From assembly GCA_047495785.1 (NCBI GenBank), contig JBLDXI010000009.1, positions 1,240,001 to 1,304,000 on the forward strand: a stretch of 64,000 bases of DNA. Direction: 5' to 3'. The notes under the pieces were generated by a model that did no database searches, was not told where the DNA came from, and saw nothing but the letters and a program-made list of their open reading frames with translations. Below are positions 62,455 to 64,000 of this stretch, piece after piece. The position numbers and the translations under genes are program-made. Source of the stretch: Lepidodermella squamata. Taxonomy: Eukaryota > Animalia > Gastrotricha. The stretch's first letter is position 1. Every line of letters starts with the position of its first letter.

Positions 62455-64000
62455 TTATACTGAGATACTCGAGTAAGCACTGTTAGTAGTTATGTCAAGG
62501 CCATAGTCCTTTCGCGCATTAGATTCCGATGAAGCCCGATTTTCACTGGAGCTGGACGACTTCTCTCGCATTTCGACACCCGAGTCAGCAACAGGCTGAG
62601 CTGTCCGGCAACAAATCATGCCCTTAGCCAGCGTCAACCACTGCCGATTAGATCCGCAGTAGATGAGTGGAGAGAAGAGCAGGAATGTCATAGCGATTGC
62701 ATCGTATAGAGATTGAGATTCTTTGGAGATCAGACCAGTCAGTTCTAGCGATCCCCAATCTAGCTTATTATAGGTCAAATGCCAAAGGCTAAAAAGCGCG
62801 CCGCTAAGCTGCGAAGGGAGCCATAACAGAACGAAAGCAGCTAGACAATAAAAACACATCAAGGTAGCTCGTCGAGTTTGCCGAGCTGTGTTGTCTTGAT
62901 TTGCCTGGGCGACACGCGATTCTGGCAAAGGACTGAAAATCAAATGGTTGAAATGAAACTTTGATAGATTATGGAAATAACTCACGCTGAATGGACCTTG
63001 CTTCTCCGCCGAATAGCGCGGCGACTGATTGGCTGAGTTGATGGTGTTACGCTGTTGTAACCAGCAGTACCAGCTCCTAGTTCCTGTCGATTTTCGAGCC
63101 GCTTTCTCAATACAAGCAAGATTTTCCCATAGACAAAGCACAGAATGATGCCTGGAATGAAGAATTGCGTTACAGGAATGAACAGCTTGTAGCAGTCTAT
63201 CAGGGTGAACAGAAGCTCGTACGACCCAATCGCGAAAGAATCGACCCCGCAAATCAGCGAATAGCCGCGAGTTTCGGGTCCTAGACTCACACCCTTTGAC
63301 AGGAATTAATATAAAAATGGCATTCAATCTCAAAACTTACGTTAAAGTACAACCCTGGGGCGCACATCACAAGCGACAGAAGTAGGATACCTGCGACTAG
63401 CCTGCGAGCCCGTTTTCGCGATAGCTGACGTTGGCTGTCCAGCGGGTTGCAAATGGCCTGATAACGCTCGTAGCCGATCAGCGCCAATGTATAAACGGTT
63501 GTGACTAAACTCAGCTCGCGTAGAATTGAGAAAACGCGACAAGTTACATCCGCAAACCACACTGGATGCGATAGTAACCAAGGTGGGGAGTTTTCAGACA
63601 TTGCCCTCGTCATCTGATGCCAATTTCATTTAATTTTGATTCCTTGAAATTTTGTGATTTCATACCTGAATAGGCAAACGAAACAAAGTGACGACCAAAT
63701 TTGATATTGTCATGGTTACAACGAAGATATTGGTGACCGTTTGCAGCTGGGCGTATTTGGCCCAAGCCAATACTAGAAGACCGTTAACTTGAAGCAAAAA
63801 TTTTAAATATTTTTAGTAAAAAAAGAGGGTCAAAACTAACGAATTAAAGAGCATGGAATTGTTAGGCTGTACAATATTGTAGCTAGCAATACTTGAATAG
63901 GCTTGAAATCGGGTGTAAAGGTGGCATCGCGTAGTTCGAATGTTGTCTGAACCGTTGGGCAAGCGTAGAAAGTTTCGGTCGAGTTGCAACCTAGTTCACT
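62455..64000 (-). CDS. Orphan class A GPCR (GPCR4), 5' end outside the window; exons >64000-63841, 63787-63666, 63613-63341, 63293-62986, 62932-62455
   Basis: LQTVTNIFVV, IGYERYQAICNPLDSQRQLSR, QFFIP, LWLP, SPLIYCG; same intron positions as GPCR2 and GPCR3. Confidence 0.87.

Overview
Eukaryotic genomic DNA from a compact invertebrate animal genome, judging by the many 45-60 nt GT-AG introns and the metazoan gene families; the taxon cannot be named from sequence alone. The six-frame ORFs are exon fragments, so gene models were rebuilt by hand from splice sites. In order: (1) a cell-surface LDLa-repeat protein; (2) CDK12/13 and MRPS23, divergently oriented; (3) a tandem array of seven CYP3-clan cytochrome P450s, of which one is truncated by a Mutator element, one has a single nonsense codon and one is a paralog chimera; (4) an orphan rhodopsin-type GPCR; (5) a secreted hevein (chitin-binding) + Thr-rich linker + expansin/RlpA-like protein that looks horizontally acquired; (6) NPC2; (7) four tandem ATP8B-like P4-ATPase flippases; (8) three more orphan GPCRs, the last cut by the window end. 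Several DNA-transposon relics and MITEs lie between genes. Strongest candidates for new biology: the hevein-expansin gene with altered active-site residues, the GPCR family with an unrecognised Cys-rich ectodomain, and ATP8B-type flippases that all carry the TM4 glutamine linked to glucosylceramide transport.
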